From NCBI GenBank assembly GCA_965237905.1, contig OZ250172.1:1984001-2048000 (forward strand): DNA of 64,000 nucleotides, written 5' to 3'. The notes beneath the pieces were generated by a model, which did not search any database, had not been told where the DNA came from, and worked only from the letters and a program-made list of their open reading frames with translations. Origin of the DNA: Nitrospinaceae bacterium (GTDB lineage Bacteria; Nitrospinota; Nitrospinia; Nitrospinales; Nitrospinaceae). A program made the translations under genes and the position numbers. Of the stretch, positions 62,201 through 64,000 are shown one piece after another (the stretch's first letter is position 1; each line of letters opens with the position of its first letter).

Positions 62201-64000
62201 AGGGGCGGTCGCATCAATCGGAAATTCACGCATGGGTGATCGGCAAAGGCCGCGTCCTATGGAGCGAACCGAACAACAACAGCCTGCAGATCATCCCGGA
62301 AGAAGAGGGATACAAAGTTGGCGACACCGCCCGCTATCTGGTCAAGAATCCCTTCCCCGGCGCCCAGGCGCTGGTCACGATAGAACGTTATGGAGTCCTG
62401 CACAGCTGGGTGGAGACTTTAAAAACCAGCACACCGGTCATCGAGTTTCCGGTGAAAGCCGATTACGTTCCCGGATTTTATTTGTCCGTCGTGGTGCTGT
62501 CGCCCCGTGTCGACAAACCACTGGGCGAGGGCAATGTGGACCTCGGCAAGCCGGCCTTCCGCATGGGGTATGTCTCCGTGCCCGTCAAAGACCCGTATAA
62601 GGAAATCGTGGTTACTGCCAAAGCGGAAAAGGAAACGTACCGTCCCCGCGACACGGTCAAAGTCTCTTTGCGTGCCAAGCCCCGTCACCCTGGCAAAAAA
62701 GAACCGATCGAACTCGCTGTGGCGGTGCTCGACGAGTCGGTGTTCGATCTGATTCAGGGCGGTAGTTCCTACTTCGATCCGTACAAGGGATTTTATAAAC
62801 TCAGTAGACTTGATCTCAGCAACTTTAATATTCTCATGGGACTGGTCGGCCGTCAGAAATTCGAAAAGAAAGGTGCCAATCCTGGCGGCGGTGGTGATGA
62901 TTCCGGTGTGGCCATGCGTTCGCTATTCAAGTTCGTCAGCTACTGGAATCCATCTATCAAAACCGATGCCTCCGGCAAAGCAAATATCGAATTCGAAGTT
63001 CCGGACAATTTGACCGGATGGCGCGTTCTGGTCCTCGCCGTCACACCCGGTGACCGCATGGGATTGGGCGAGGGCAACTTCAAAGTCAATCGCGCCACAG
63101 AGGTGCGCCCGGTCATGCCGAATCAGGTGACGGAAGGCGATGACTTTGTCGCAGGTTTCAGTGTCATGAACCGTACCGGCGGACCGCGTAACGTTACAGT
63201 CACCATCTATGCCGAAGGTGATATCAAAGGCGGCTCCTCAAAGGAAACGAAGACAGTCTCTCTAAAACCTTATAAACGCACCACCGTCTGGATGCCCATT
63301 AAAACCCGTACGGTGAAAAAAGACCGTAATCATCCTGCGGGCCGGGTCCAATTCAAAGTCACGGCCGTGGATAAAGTGGATAAGGACGGGTTGATTCATT
63401 CTCTTCCCATAAATAAACGGCGGTCGCTCGACACCGCCGCCAACTACGGCAGCACAACCAAATCGAAAGTGGAGGATTCCATCCTCTTTCCAAAAAATAT
63501 TCATACCGATGTCGGCAGTGTCAGCGTGGTCGTATCGCCTTCGGTCATCGCCAATGTCGAGGGTGCGTTCAAGTACATGCGCGACTACCCCTACACCTGC
63601 TGGGAACAGATTTTGAGCAAAGGCGTCATGGCGTCGCACTACATCAACTTGAAAGGATATGTGTCCGATGATTTCCAATGGGAAGCCGCCGTGGAACTTG
63701 TGAAGAACACATTGGAGTCGGCGGCCAGTTTTCAGGCACCGAACGGCGGCATGGTGTACTTCGTGCCGCAAGACCGGTACGTCAGCCCCTACCTCAGCGC
63801 CTACACCGCGCTGGCATTCAACTGGCTCAAAGCCAGTGGGCACGAGGTACCGCAGGCAGTCGAACAGAAATTGCACGCCTATTTGGAAAATCTTCTGAAG
63901 CGCGACGTGTTCCCGACGTTTTACAACAAGGGCATGTCGTCCACCATCCGAGCGGTGGCGCTGGCGGCGCTGGCGGAGACGGGACGCATTGGCAAGGCGG
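59260..64000 (+). CDS. Bacterial alpha-2-macroglobulin, runs off the window end
   Basis: ATG 59260 after GGAG; signal peptide; Y.PxD.V, AVLDESV, PDNLTGW motifs and in-frame YPYTCWEQ thioester motif at 63586-63609. Not in the ORF track. Confidence 0.93.
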   Translation, partial: MKRFGVLFLSLAFLFILQGFSTFLVGSTKAAQPLNILRVTPKGNDVPAGRQIVIQFNRAVVPLGRMERRADELPISVVPKLNCQWRWINTSALACQLGEKDALQPAHKYRITINPGIQAEDGATIPKTYLHQFITQRPRVTYSRFSTWRSPGTPVIRVTFNQPVFQTSVEQHIYLMTGIIITDRIPIQAEPDPNDRTAPQILPVPGESYALDFGKPLKQKSDDQLKKSQGVEARRIWLVLPKKELPLNTKFKLKVEPGLLSAEGPEKGITSRDLLEFYTFPELKFLGVSCQTNSKRDILITGAFSTLPQKCNPLARVALTFSAPVLPSQVKKHMKLVPDLAGGRTDYDPWANVYEYSHLNSPHHDGRTYNVYLPENLKAAQKYFLRIKPGTLQGEFGRILEKPVQMIFATDHRQPDYDLIHRTAVLEKKEKTEVPLYVTNMKSVTLNYKRLTPKDRRTQLSLQAKIPEAEDVAFGIPLGIREALGGQTGALYGRLSSNPHVKKSDYENALFAQVTPYAVHVKLGHFNSLVWVTELATGKPVPGATVQIYKNRLIDLSKNSKTLAQGTTDKHGLATLAGTRTMDPQLDTFGYGWYSDDVDRLFVRVDKGGDMALLPLDESRFSVSASSVSDYAVYSVPQKKYGHIKTWGTTAQGVYKAGDTIQYKLYVRNQDNRTLVPPPLTGYHLEIKDPTGKKVHEIKDVTLSEFGAYDGEFTVPKTGAVGWYWFRLTSNFTHLSWNPMRVLVSDFTPSPFRVTNELNGKLFQPGQPVTVTTMARMHAGGPYTDASTRVTAQLKQQAFVSKHPVAKDFNFRKGYSSHYSTSVFNKTDKVDDKGNLLSSFAITNSNILYGTLMVESAVRDDRGKYVASSTSAKFIGLDRFVGLKNTHWLYKEDEPAKINYIVVNERGVPVGGTKVGIQIERRVTKASRVKGAGNAYLTQFTEEWVAAGQCSGSPGAKPSTCRFTPKEPGSYRMTASIKDTEGRSHQSEIHAWVIGKGRVLWSEPNNNSLQIIPEEEGYKVGDTARYLVKNPFPGAQALVTIERYGVLHSWVETLKTSTPVIEFPVKADYVPGFYLSVVVLSPRVDKPLGEGNVDLGKPAFRMGYVSVPVKDPYKEIVVTAKAEKETYRPRDTVKVSLRAKPRHPGKKEPIELAVAVLDESVFDLIQGGSSYFDPYKGFYKLSRLDLSNFNILMGLVGRQKFEKKGANPGGGGDDSGVAMRSLFKFVSYWNPSIKTDASGKANIEFEVPDNLTGWRVLVLAVTPGDRMGLGEGNFKVNRATEVRPVMPNQVTEGDDFVAGFSVMNRTGGPRNVTVTIYAEGDIKGGSSKETKTVSLKPYKRTTVWMPIKTRTVKKDRNHPAGRVQFKVTAVDKVDKDGLIHSLPINKRRSLDTAANYGSTTKSKVEDSILFPKNIHTDVGSVSVVVSPSVIANVEGAFKYMRDYPYTCWEQILSKGVMASHYINLKGYVSDDFQWEAAVELVKNTLESAASFQAPNGGMVYFVPQDRYVSPYLSAYTALAFNWLKASGHEVPQAVEQKLHAYLENLLKRDVFPTFYNKGMSSTIRAVALAALAETGRIGKA

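Noticed and set aside
59217..63876. Many small ORFs listed in the track in this region
   Set aside because: All lie inside the alpha-2-macroglobulin reading frame, which was omitted because it has no stop in the window

Overview
Ordinary-looking bacterial chromosome segment from a Gram-negative organism. Gene content is reminiscent of Nitrospinota, but that is an unverified inference. 1-18 kb: a minus-strand surface-polysaccharide locus (cysC, two MBOAT/SGNH acetylation pairs, CapD-like dehydratase, wzm/wzt, sulfotransferase, truncated TylF, two SAM methyltransferases, WbsX-like, GT2, acyltransferase-3, epimerase, initiating sugar transferase) containing IS3 scars. 18-58 kb: Ser/Thr kinase, VWA lipoprotein, tRNA-Thr, MMPL/RND transporter, hutG-hutU-hutI without hutH, glycosyltransferases, OppA, two tandem LRR genes, a stand-alone and strongly divergent HydB/NuoF-type flavo-FeS subunit, a Vgb-like propeller, ABC exporter, pepA, GHMP kinase, mlaC, purD, peroxiredoxin-like, isoaspartyl peptidase, a frameshifted PHM-like copper monooxygenase and a NifU-like protein. 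58-64 kb: tRNA-Leu followed by a ~0.95 kb decayed integrative element bounded by imperfect direct repeats, then an alpha-2-macroglobulin gene running off the end. The ORF track misses several features: the 5' sugar transferase, the A2M gene, both tRNAs, the integrase and IS3 remnants, and three frameshifted genes. No CRISPR array or rRNA was seen. No new system is proven. The best candidates are the orphan HydB-like subunit, the secreted PHM-like copper enzyme, the IS3-HTH-fused SGNH protein and a possible sulfate-capped ABC-exported glycan.
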